DNA of 64,000 nucleotides from Promethearchaeota archaeon (lineage in GTDB: Archaea; Asgardarchaeota; Lokiarchaeia; Sigyniarchaeales; SOKP01), in contig JBHLON010000001.1 of NCBI GenBank assembly GCA_048940445.1, forward strand, positions 32,001 through 96,000, given 5' to 3'. Shown here piece by piece: positions 17,375-26,549 of the stretch. How positions within the stretch are numbered: position 1 is the first letter of the stretch; each line of letters begins with the position of its first letter. The notes below the pieces were generated by a model that saw only the letters and a list, made by a program, of their open reading frames with translations, did no database searches and had not been told where the DNA came from. Position numbers and translations under genes: made by a program.

Positions 17375-19906
17375 ATGGTTATCATGGAAACTATATCATT
17401 AACAATTAATGGTATTAAGATTGATGCTAAGAAAGGAAGTAATATTTTAGAAACATCATTAAATTCAGGTATTTACATTCCTAGCCTTTGTGCTCACCCC
17501 GATTTGCCCTCTTTAGTAGGTTTAAAGCCAGTTGATGAAGTTTTTCAAGGAGAATCTAGGTTTAAAAGCTCTAATTCTCAAGAGCACCAAGGTTGTCAAC
17601 TTTGTATAGTAAAAGTAGAAGGAATTGAAGGTTTTGTGACATCTTGCAGTACTGAAGTGCAGGAAAGTATGAACGTTTTTACTGATACACCCGAGATTCA
17701 AGCAGTTCGCCGTGAGAAATTAATGGATGTTCTCTCAAAACACCCTCATGCCTGTTTAATGTGTGCACAACGCGAAGGTTGCAGTCGTGAACCATGTTCC
17801 CCTAATGTTCCTATAGAAGAACGCTGTTGCCCAATTTTAGGAAGATGCGAATTACAAAAAGTTTCAGAATATATTGGAATACGAGAAGATATACCTCGTT
17901 ATAAACCCCAAAGTCGTGCAATTATAGAAGATGACCCACTTTTCATCAGAAACTACGAGTTATGTATTGGATGTACTAGATGTGTCAGAGTATGTCGCGA
18001 TATCCGTGGAATTGAAGCGCTGGGATTTGTTTACTCAAATGGTGAAACCATAGTTGGAAGCCTTGCTCCTTCACTTAAGGATTCTGGTTGTAAATTTTGT
18101 GGAGCGTGCGTCGAAGTTTGCCCTACAGGTGCTTTAACAGATAAAAACATTCTCTGGGCAGAACGAGAAAAGCTATTAGTACCCTGCAAAGATGCTTGTC
18201 CTCTAAATATTGATGTCCCAAGATATATAAGATTAGTCGCGGAGAATAAATATAGTGAAGCAGCAGCAGTTATCCGTGAAAAAACACCTTTTCCCTCAGT
18301 TCTTGGGAGAGTGTGCTTTCATGAATGTGAAAATGAATGCCGCCGAAATCAACTTAATGATCCAATTGCAATATGTGCAATAAAGCGATTTGCAATGGAT
18401 CACGATGGAGAACTATGGAAATCAAAAATTAAAATTAAACCTTCTACTGGAAAGAAAATAGCCGTCATAGGTGCAGGTCCTTCCGGATTGACAGCAGCAT
18501 ATTACTTAAGAAGATTGGGGCATTCAGTAACCCTATTTGAAGCTGGATCTTATCTAGGGGGCATGTTAAGATATGGAATTCCGAAATACAGATTACCACG
18601 AGCAGTTCTTCAAAAAGATCTTGATCACATATTAAGTATAGGAATTGAAATTCAAACAGATCAAGTTATAGGAGAACACTTTTCACTGGATGATCTTAAA
18701 GAACAAGGTTTTAATGCAATTCTTTTAACAATTGGTGCTCAAAATACAAAAAAACTTAATATAGAAGGTTCAAGCTTCCCAAATATCCTATGGGGCCTTG
18801 ATTTTCTAAAAAGAGTTAATCTTGGTGAAGAATTAAAAATATCAGACAGAATTGTTGTTATTGGTGGAGGTAATGTGGCGATAGACGTAGCATTAACAGC
18901 TAAACGCCTAGGAGCCAAAGAGGTTCAATTAACCTGTCTAGAAAGTAGAGAAGAAATGCCTGCGCATGAATATGAGATTCAAAAAGCGATAGATGAAGGT
19001 ATATCACTTGATTGTTGCTGGGGTCCTAAAAAATTTGTTGATAAAAATGGTGAACTTTCTGAAGTTAAATTAATCCATTGTGATTCTGTATTTGATGATA
19101 ATAATATTTTTAATCCTATTTTTGATGAAAATAAGACAAAATCCATTAATACTGAGATGGTAATTTTAGCGATAGGTCAAATTCCTGATTTATCTTTATT
19201 AGGGAGTGACAATTTAATTAAGATTTCTAAATCAGGATTAATTCAAGTAAAAGAGGGAACTTTTGAGACAAATATCCCTGGAATATTTGCTAGTGGGGAA
19301 GTGATAAATAGTCCCAGTTCTGTAGTTGATGCAATTCAAATGGGCAGAAAAGTAGCCTCTTCAATCGATATGTATTTGGGAGGAATTGGTGAACTTGAAG
19401 AGAGGTTTATTGATCAAGAAGAACCGAACCCTTTTTTAGGGCGTGATGAAAGTTTTTATGATAATCCTCGCACTCAAATGCCCCTTCTGTCCATAGAAAA
19501 ACGTCGAAGTACTTTTAATGAAATTGAATTGGGCTTTAATGAAAAATTAGCTGTTGAAGAAGCAAATCGATGTTTACAATGTGATTTACGCCTTGAAATC
19601 TCATCTGCTGTATTACCACCGCAAAAATGGTCAGATTTAAACACTGAAAATATTCAAAATGTCCCTGAAGCAGAAGGTGTTATTCAAATCTTAAATGAGA
19701 ACCATGAAATAATACTCATTCAAGGCACTCAGAATATGCGTCTAAGTCTTGAAGAGCAGTTAAGAATAAATACTAGTGCTTGTTATTTTGATTTTGATGA
19801 AGATCCTATGTATACAAAAAGAGAAAGTGAATTATTACAACAATTTATGCAGATATTCGGAAGATTTCCTGAAGGTAATGAAGATTTAGATGATGATCTT
19901 TTTTGA
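17375..19906 (+). CDS. bzdV: BzdV-like NAD(P)H:ferredoxin oxidoreductase (Fe-S domains + GltD/NfnB-type flavin domain + C-terminal extra domain)
   Basis: N-terminal 2Fe-2S/NuoG-like region (IPSLCAHP, CQLC), CIGCTRCVRVC, CKFCGACVEVCP, CKDACP, VIGAGPSG, VIGGGNVA, EANRCLQC; follows bzdM. Confidence 0.8.
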   Translation: MVIMETISLTINGIKIDAKKGSNILETSLNSGIYIPSLCAHPDLPSLVGLKPVDEVFQGESRFKSSNSQEHQGCQLCIVKVEGIEGFVTSCSTEVQESMNVFTDTPEIQAVRREKLMDVLSKHPHACLMCAQREGCSREPCSPNVPIEERCCPILGRCELQKVSEYIGIREDIPRYKPQSRAIIEDDPLFIRNYELCIGCTRCVRVCRDIRGIEALGFVYSNGETIVGSLAPSLKDSGCKFCGACVEVCPTGALTDKNILWAEREKLLVPCKDACPLNIDVPRYIRLVAENKYSEAAAVIREKTPFPSVLGRVCFHECENECRRNQLNDPIAICAIKRFAMDHDGELWKSKIKIKPSTGKKIAVIGAGPSGLTAAYYLRRLGHSVTLFEAGSYLGGMLRYGIPKYRLPRAVLQKDLDHILSIGIEIQTDQVIGEHFSLDDLKEQGFNAILLTIGAQNTKKLNIEGSSFPNILWGLDFLKRVNLGEELKISDRIVVIGGGNVAIDVALTAKRLGAKEVQLTCLESREEMPAHEYEIQKAIDEGISLDCCWGPKKFVDKNGELSEVKLIHCDSVFDDNNIFNPIFDENKTKSINTEMVILAIGQIPDLSLLGSDNLIKISKSGLIQVKEGTFETNIPGIFASGEVINSPSSVVDAIQMGRKVASSIDMYLGGIGELEERFIDQEEPNPFLGRDESFYDNPRTQMPLLSIEKRRSTFNEIELGFNEKLAVEEANRCLQCDLRLEISSAVLPPQKWSDLNTENIQNVPEAEGVIQILNENHEIILIQGTQNMRLSLEEQLRINTSACYFDFDEDPMYTKRESELLQQFMQIFGRFPEGNEDLDDDLF

Positions 19907-19927
19907 AGTATGGAGAATTAAAATTTT

Positions 19928-20338
19928 TTATAAATCTTCAATCACGGAATAACCATTCTGTTTAAGAATTTCCGTGCCATTTTCATTATCATTTAATCTA
20001 AAAATGATTAAAGGTTTATCATCTATTATACTTGTATAAAGATATTCTATATTAACATTGTTCTTTCCTAACAATTTAGCAATTTTATAAAGGGCAGAAA
20101 TATTATCTGAAAGTCTAACAGCGACAACCTCAGTGATTGAAAATAAGATATCTGATTCTTCTAAAAGTTGAGAACATTTCTCAAATTGATCAACTAGAAG
20201 TAATAAAAGTCCGTATTCCTCTGTCTCTGCTACTGTTAATGACCTAATATAGATTTTATTATTCATTAATACTTCAAAAAATTCCGCTAGTTGCCCAGGT
20301 TGGTTAGGGAGGTATACAGAAATTTGATTTATAGTCAT
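19928..20338 (-). CDS. tandem ACT-domain protein
   Basis: QISVYLPNQPGQL..IRSLTVAET..NVNIEYLY; this is the family typically found next to aryl-CoA ligases. Confidence 0.85.
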   Translation of the reverse strand: MTINQISVYLPNQPGQLAEFFEVLMNNKIYIRSLTVAETEEYGLLLLLVDQFEKCSQLLEESDILFSITEVVAVRLSDNISALYKIAKLLGKNNVNIEYLYTSIIDDKPLIIFRLNDNENGTEILKQNGYSVIEDL

Positions 20339-20532
20339 AATTCGAAATTAGCTAATTATTGTAATAAAAAAAATCCAACTTAATTAAATTAAAAATATAG
20401 ATTGTATAAAAATAATACTAAAAAATATAAGCATAGTTATTAAGTGTCAGTAAACTTAAATTTAAGTAGAGTGGTTAAATTTTTGTTAATTAAGTTGAAT
20501 ATAAATAAAGATTTTTCAATATAAAAATTCAA

Positions 20533-21261
20533 ATGATGGAATGGGATTTAAAGTTTAGTGAATGGTTAAAATGGACAGCTGAATTGCGGGATAATTTATA
20601 TAATAAAGCATCTTTTTCACAGAAAGATAATTTATTGGAAATAGGATGTAGTACAGGAGAATTACTAAAAGAAATTGGAGTTAAGTTTGGTTTAAAATTA
20701 TACGGTATCGATAATGATGAAGTTAAAGTTGAATATGCCAGAGTAAATCTTGAAAAAAATATGATTAAAGCAACAATAAACAGAATCGATATTTCTAATA
20801 ACACTTTTAATGATAAAATATTCGATATTGTTATATCGTATTTTAGTTTTCTCTGGATAAAAGATTTAAAAAAATCAATTTCAGAGATTCATAGAATTTT
20901 AAAAGAGGATGGGGTTTTTTTAATATTAGGGGAACCTGATTTTGGAGGCTTAGTTGAACATCCTGATACAAGTTTGAGAATGGAAATAATTTACAACCTA
21001 AAAAATTTAGGAGCAGATCCAGCAGTGGGAAGAAAATTAAATCAATTTTTCTCCAATAAATTCAAGGTTGTTGAACATCTTTGCGTTAGCTTTCCCTGGA
21101 TTCCTAATATTGATAAAGAGAGTATGCATAAAGAGATCGATTTTTTTCAAGAGATATTGAAATTAAAACAATTTGATTTGGAACTAATGAGAACTAGTAT
21201 CGATTCAGGTAAATATTTCTTATTTATACCAGTTTTTTGTTACTATCTGAGGAAAGTTTAG
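20533..21261 (+). CDS. class I SAM-dependent methyltransferase
   Basis: LLEIGCSTG motif I, FDIVIS, EIHRILKEDG, EPDFGG. Confidence 0.88.
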   Translation: MMEWDLKFSEWLKWTAELRDNLYNKASFSQKDNLLEIGCSTGELLKEIGVKFGLKLYGIDNDEVKVEYARVNLEKNMIKATINRIDISNNTFNDKIFDIVISYFSFLWIKDLKKSISEIHRILKEDGVFLILGEPDFGGLVEHPDTSLRMEIIYNLKNLGADPAVGRKLNQFFSNKFKVVEHLCVSFPWIPNIDKESMHKEIDFFQEILKLKQFDLELMRTSIDSGKYFLFIPVFCYYLRKV

Positions 21262-21278
21262 AAATAAAATCTAAATTA

Positions 21279-21683
21279 TTAGTCTATATATGATTCTTTT
21301 AGCTTTTCAAAGAGTTTCTTATATTCATCAATATATTTTTCATCATTTGTTTCTTTTATCTTCTGTAAAAGTTCAACTGATTTCGTCATCGCTTCTGATC
21401 GATTCTTGATCTTATCTTTAAAGAATTCTTTTCTATATTGTGATTTCGCTAATTTTAATTGATTTTTAATTTTCTCAATCGAAATTTCAATTTTTTTTTT
21501 AGATTCAATTATTGAATCTGATAATTGTCTCTTTCTTTGTTCTAATTTAATACAATTTTCACATATTAATTCACCCGCCCTTTTTTCTCCTTTTTTAATC
21601 ATAAAAGGATTGCCACAACGAGAGCATTTAATAAGTTTAACAACAAATTTATTTTCGTCGGAATCGGGCATAGATTGAAACAA
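21279..21683 (-). CDS. hypothetical zinc-ribbon + coiled-coil protein
   Basis: CSRC..ICENC followed by a long charged helical region. Confidence 0.7.
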   Translation of the reverse strand: MFQSMPDSDENKFVVKLIKCSRCGNPFMIKKGEKRAGELICENCIKLEQRKRQLSDSIIESKKKIEISIEKIKNQLKLAKSQYRKEFFKDKIKNRSEAMTKSVELLQKIKETNDEKYIDEYKKLFEKLKESYID

Positions 21684-21813
21684 CTATATTTTGAGATTAT
21701 AATCTGAGATAATTCTCTTATTAAATTAATAATTCTTTTAGAATTTAATTTTTAATTTTTTGTTTTATTTATCTTTTGAGAAGATTTATGATAAATCGGG
21801 TATTTATTTGTTT

Positions 21814-22608
21814 ATGGATATTTTACAAGTTATTCTCCTATTACTTTTAGGCTTTTTTGCTGGCACAATTAGTGTTATTGCTGGAGTGGGAGGGGGAGTG
21901 TTTTTTGTCACTTTTATTACATTATTATTTTTGATTCCTATCAATATCTCAGTTGATACATCTACATTTGTGATTTTATTATCATCTTCAGGAGGATTTA
22001 TCACTTATTTAAGACAAAAACGTACTAGCATTAAACTTTCATTAATTTTTGCAGGATTTTCTATTTTAGGAAGCATTTTATGTACAATTTTATTCTTATT
22101 TATTCAAATTGATAATTTTATTCTGAAAATAATATTTGCATCAACGCTGCTTATTGCAGGAGGAAATATGATATATAAAGCAATAAAAACGACTAAATAT
22201 TTTCAAGAAAACGATCTGACTCCACAAGATTTTTCATTAGAAGAACATGATTATAAATCAAATCTTAAAAGCTCAATTCCATTATTTATAATGGCTGGTT
22301 TTGCAGCCAATTTATTAGGGATCGGAGGAGGTATTATAAACACCCCTGCGCTAAATATCATTTTGGGTTATCCCATTCATAACGCCACAGCCATATCAAC
22401 GTCTATTATTTTTTTTACAGCCATCTATAATACGATTATAAAGAGCATTCTTGGACAAATAAACTATATAATAGGTTTACTTATTGCAATTGGGGCTATT
22501 TTAGGTTCAATCTTCGGAGCTAAAATATCTAAAAAAATGCCTAAAGTTTACCTTCAATTTTTTGTAGCTATAGTATTGATAGGGTTAGCAATAAGAATGT
22601 ATTTTTAA
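21814..22608 (+). CDS. TauE/SafE (TSUP) family membrane transporter
   Basis: Duplicated GVGGG and GIGGG motifs, multiple TM segments. The ORF extends upstream to 21760. Confidence 0.9.
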   Translation: MDILQVILLLLLGFFAGTISVIAGVGGGVFFVTFITLLFLIPINISVDTSTFVILLSSSGGFITYLRQKRTSIKLSLIFAGFSILGSILCTILFLFIQIDNFILKIIFASTLLIAGGNMIYKAIKTTKYFQENDLTPQDFSLEEHDYKSNLKSSIPLFIMAGFAANLLGIGGGIINTPALNIILGYPIHNATAISTSIIFFTAIYNTIIKSILGQINYIIGLLIAIGAILGSIFGAKISKKMPKVYLQFFVAIVLIGLAIRMYF

Positions 22609-22699
22609 TTTAAGTGTTAATGCTAAAATTCTAAAAATCTTAAATTTTAATAATATTTAAAATTAAAATATAAAACCAATTTTTTGGTGTATTTTTGAT

Positions 22700-23515
22700 A
22701 TGAGTAAGGGGTTTAAATTACTTAGAATTGAATATCTGTTTTCTGTTCTTATACCATGTTTATTATGCATTTATCTTAATAATTATAATATTATCTCTCA
22801 TATTTGGATTCTAGCTGGTTTTGGTTTTTATGCAATCACAGGAAATACTATCAATGATGCAATAGATATGAAGGACCCAAATGAAAAGGAAACTCTAGAG
22901 AGAGTGAAGGGTTATCAACGTAAGGAAATATTAGTTCTTGCTTTAAGTTCTTTTGCTTTGGGAACTCTATGCTTTATGAATGAAATTATTGGTAACCCGA
23001 TTTTAGCTGTTTATTTAATAATAATTATACTCTTGGTTATCTTCTATTGTTTTTTTAAAAAGTTGGTAATCGTTAACCATATAATACTCGGTATATCCCA
23101 CATTTTCTTACCTTACTTTATGATAAAAATAAATGCAGGAGATACAATACTGAATTACTTTCCGGCTTTAACGCTCTCTGAGTGGCTTATAGTCACCTCA
23201 GTAGCTGCTGCGGGATTTCTTGGACAAATGTTGCACGAAATGATTGATGGAGATGCTCTTTCCAGGTTAAAACCAAGATCCTCTCAGATTGTTATGTTGA
23301 TTTCTTCATTGTGTACAATAGGGATAAGTCTGTACTCAATAATTATTACAACATATTTATTTATTCTACCAGTTCTAATCTTTCCAGTTGGTGTTATATA
23401 TATCTTCAGAAAGCCTAGAAGGGATTTATTAGGAAGAACATCATTGAAAGACACTGGGATAATTTTAGGGAATTTGATTTTGGTTTATCTTCTAATATTG
23501 ATTCTTGCTTCTTAA
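22700..23515 (+). CDS. UbiA-family prenyltransferase-like membrane protein
   Basis: NTINDAIDMKD (first Asp-rich motif) and HEMIDGD (second motif), with multiple TM helices. Confidence 0.7.
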   Translation: MSKGFKLLRIEYLFSVLIPCLLCIYLNNYNIISHIWILAGFGFYAITGNTINDAIDMKDPNEKETLERVKGYQRKEILVLALSSFALGTLCFMNEIIGNPILAVYLIIIILLVIFYCFFKKLVIVNHIILGISHIFLPYFMIKINAGDTILNYFPALTLSEWLIVTSVAAAGFLGQMLHEMIDGDALSRLKPRSSQIVMLISSLCTIGISLYSIIITTYLFILPVLIFPVGVIYIFRKPRRDLLGRTSLKDTGIILGNLILVYLLILILAS

Positions 23516-23610
23516 AAATTGATACTTAAAGGTTTATATTGACGTTTACCAATATTAAATAAAAGAATTCTCTTATAAATAAAGTGATAGATGGGAGGTA
23601 TAATGTAAGA

Positions 23611-24882
23611 ATGACAATAATTAAACCTATCAATTTTGATTTCTTTTCTGCTTTTGATGAAAAAGCATGTTCTTTATGTGGAGAGTGTTTTAACAAATGC
23701 CCTATAATGCTACTTCCCATTGATTTAGCAAATGAAGAGATCAAAAGACTAATTGCTGGAGAGGATACTAAAAGAGTTTTAAGTGAATGTCAGAGCTGTT
23801 TTGCTTGTAATTTCTATTGTTCTGAGAATGCTCATCCAACTAGTCTTATTTTAAAACGATGGAACGAACAATATAAGAAAAAAGGGTTAAAGAAGAGAGG
23901 AAAATTCTATATGACCCTATTCCCCCATTATCCTAATTTTCGTTCTTATGTTATGCAACATCTTCCAAAAATTACAAAGGAACTTGTTAAACAATGGGCT
24001 TCTTTAGAACCATTAAGAGGAGATACTCTTACCTATCCGGGATGTAATATTATCACCTTTGCAGAACTCACTCAAACAAGTTTTTTTAAAGATCTTGATA
24101 TCCGCGGAAGACTCGAGTACTGTTGCGGGGAAACGCTATTTCGAACAGGATACAGAGACGAGCTATTTCAAATCACAAAAAGGTTAGATAATTGGTTTAA
24201 TATTTTAAAACCAAAGAAATTACTTGTTTTATGTACTGCTGGTACTAATGTATTTAAAAATGTACTTCCCCATTACGGTTTAACGTATAAATTCGAGGAA
24301 ATTAAATCATATATTCAATATCTATGGGAACAAATAGAAAATGGGCACATTAAAATTAAAAAGAAGCTAGATATGACTGTATCAATTCAAGATTCTTGTT
24401 ATTCTAAGATGTTTGGTGAAAACTATATGGATTTACCACGAAGAATCCTACACAGTATTGGTGTGAAGACAATCGAAATTGACTCTTGTAGAGAAAATAT
24501 GCGATGTTGTGGAATAGGTGCTGGCTTTTCAATTGATTCTGCATATCAACCTTTCAAGATTAGATCATCAACACTTAGAAATTTTAGAGAGTTTAAAAAA
24601 GCGAAAGTTGATGCTGTTTGTGTGTATTGTGCTGGATGTTTAGCAACATTTCTTGCAAATAAGAAACTTTATTTAAAAAAAATTAAAATTTATCACATAA
24701 TTGAATTATTGCAAATTGCACTAGGGGAAAAACCTTCCTTAACGAAGAAATTGAAGAAGAAACGAGCGAAACATTTTTTTTGGGGTACAATGAGGAAACA
24801 AGTTCCGAAAATTTTCTCTAAAAAAACATTTAAGATTGCCGATATTCCTGAAATTCCTCCTGAACATGGCGAGGCTTGGTAA
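23611..24882 (+). CDS. (Fe-S)-binding CCG-domain protein, paralogue A
   Basis: CSLCGECFNKCP, CQSCFACNFYC, YCCGE, QDSCYSK, CCGIGAG, YCAGC. Confidence 0.85.
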   Translation: MTIIKPINFDFFSAFDEKACSLCGECFNKCPIMLLPIDLANEEIKRLIAGEDTKRVLSECQSCFACNFYCSENAHPTSLILKRWNEQYKKKGLKKRGKFYMTLFPHYPNFRSYVMQHLPKITKELVKQWASLEPLRGDTLTYPGCNIITFAELTQTSFFKDLDIRGRLEYCCGETLFRTGYRDELFQITKRLDNWFNILKPKKLLVLCTAGTNVFKNVLPHYGLTYKFEEIKSYIQYLWEQIENGHIKIKKKLDMTVSIQDSCYSKMFGENYMDLPRRILHSIGVKTIEIDSCRENMRCCGIGAGFSIDSAYQPFKIRSSTLRNFREFKKAKVDAVCVYCAGCLATFLANKKLYLKKIKIYHIIELLQIALGEKPSLTKKLKKKRAKHFFWGTMRKQVPKIFSKKTFKIADIPEIPPEHGEAW

Positions 24883-24885
24883 AAA

Positions 24886-26250
24886 ATGAGTAAGATGAAA
24901 AGAATATCTCGTTTTAAAAAGGAATTATGTAATCTATGTGGTGAATGTTTCCACTTATGCCCTGTTTTAGAGTTACCTATAGAAGAAGCTAAAATAGAAA
25001 TTAAAAATTTAATTGAATCTAAAAAAACTAAGCATGTTCTGTATAAATGCAATACTTGTTTTTCTTGTAATATATATTGTCCTCAGCATGCAAATCCTTA
25101 TAATCTAATTCTGGAAAGATGGAATGATTTGTATAAGATGAGAGGGGCACCTCCATTATATCGATTTGTTTGTCCTACTGAACAATCAAATATATGGCAA
25201 CTTCTTAATGTATTTCTATCAGAAAAGGAGAGAAAATGGATTTTTAGATGGATGCATGATGTCCCAAAACCAAATGAAACTATACTACTGATTGGAAATT
25301 ATACCCATTTATTTCCATTTATAATTGGTGGAAGCAAATTATTAGATTATTTCAAGCCAGTTGATCTAATTGATCAGTGGGAGGGCGGAGCCTACTTATA
25401 TCAAGGGGGTTATTTAGACGTAGTTCAAAAAATCGCTCAAAGAACCAAGCATGATTTTGATAAATGGGGAGTTAAAAATGTGGTTACCACTTTAGATGCT
25501 GTTGAGTATATATATAATGAGGTCCATCCTAAAGAGATGGGTGTAAAACATAATCAAAATTTCATTAACTTTAATCAATGGATATTAAACAATATTGCCT
25601 CGAAAGAGATAAAATTAGTGGAGAATCTCAATTTAAAAGTAACTATCCATGATAATTGTTATTCTAAAGCATTAGAGGATACTTATTGGGAAGTGCCAAG
25701 GGAAATATTAAAGAAATGTGGTTGCTGTATTATAGAGATGACACACAATAGAAAAGATGCATTATGTTGTGGATTTGGTTCAGGAGCATCATGGACAAAA
25801 AATATTTCGATAGTGTTCGATATTATTACTGAAGGTATTAAAAAGTTTAAAGAGGCAGAGAAAACGGGAGCAGATGCTTTAATCTCCTACTGTGGAGGAT
25901 GCCTTTATTTATTATGGGCTACTCGAGAGTTAATAAGAAGTAAAATAAATATTTTTCATATTATAGAAATTGTAAGAATGGGAATGGGTGAAAATCTAAA
26001 TTATCCAAGAGATCATATTAATAGAGCATGGGACATAATAGCAATTATTACTTATTCTCTAATTTTATCATTTTTTAAAAGAAATTTCTTTATACACAAA
26101 ATAACTTATGATAAAAAATTAAGTACTTTTATACCCAAAGAGTATTTGTTTCTAAGAAGTATTAGGTATATATTAGATTTTCCCTTAATGAAAGGTTTAT
26201 TTTCAAAGTTATTTTATTTATTAAGAATTATTTTGAAATCTAAGAGGTGA
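24886..26250 (+). CDS. (Fe-S)-binding CCG-domain protein, paralogue B
   Basis: CNLCGECFHLCP, CNTCFSCNIYCP, HDNCYSK, CCGFGSG, YCGGC. The first CCG site is degenerate. Confidence 0.85.
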   Translation: MSKMKRISRFKKELCNLCGECFHLCPVLELPIEEAKIEIKNLIESKKTKHVLYKCNTCFSCNIYCPQHANPYNLILERWNDLYKMRGAPPLYRFVCPTEQSNIWQLLNVFLSEKERKWIFRWMHDVPKPNETILLIGNYTHLFPFIIGGSKLLDYFKPVDLIDQWEGGAYLYQGGYLDVVQKIAQRTKHDFDKWGVKNVVTTLDAVEYIYNEVHPKEMGVKHNQNFINFNQWILNNIASKEIKLVENLNLKVTIHDNCYSKALEDTYWEVPREILKKCGCCIIEMTHNRKDALCCGFGSGASWTKNISIVFDIITEGIKKFKEAEKTGADALISYCGGCLYLLWATRELIRSKINIFHIIEIVRMGMGENLNYPRDHINRAWDIIAIITYSLILSFFKRNFFIHKITYDKKLSTFIPKEYLFLRSIRYILDFPLMKGLFSKLFYLLRIILKSKR

Positions 26251-26256
26251 AAAAGC

Positions 26257-26538
26257 ATGTTTGTTCATATGTCAATTCATCATCCGAAAGAAGGAAAAGA
26301 ATCACTTCTAATTGAATCTATGCATCGCTTTGGTAAAGCAATGGAGGGAAAAAAAGGTCTTATTATGGCGTGCACTACCAAAGATGAAGAAAAAAATTAT
26401 CTTATTGGACTTGCAATCTGGGATTCAAAAGAAGATTGGTTAGCAGCAAGACCAGTAATGATTGAAGCTGTAAAAGATGATCCTTTTGATGAATGGGAAG
26501 AAAAACCTCCTGAGGTTTATCATTCAGTTAAAGTATAA
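26257..26538 (+). CDS. antibiotic biosynthesis monooxygenase (ABM)-fold protein
   Basis: HHPKEGKE..GLAIWDSKEDWLAA dimeric alpha-beta barrel pattern; GAGGTGA RBS upstream. Confidence 0.75.
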   Translation: MFVHMSIHHPKEGKESLLIESMHRFGKAMEGKKGLIMACTTKDEEKNYLIGLAIWDSKEDWLAARPVMIEAVKDDPFDEWEEKPPEVYHSVKV

Positions 26539-26549
26539 AATGAAAGATT

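Noticed and set aside
1-20338. Aromatic cluster as a mobile genomic island
   Set aside because: No integrase, transposase, tRNA or flanking repeats were seen. Any GC difference was not computed and could reflect amino-acid composition.
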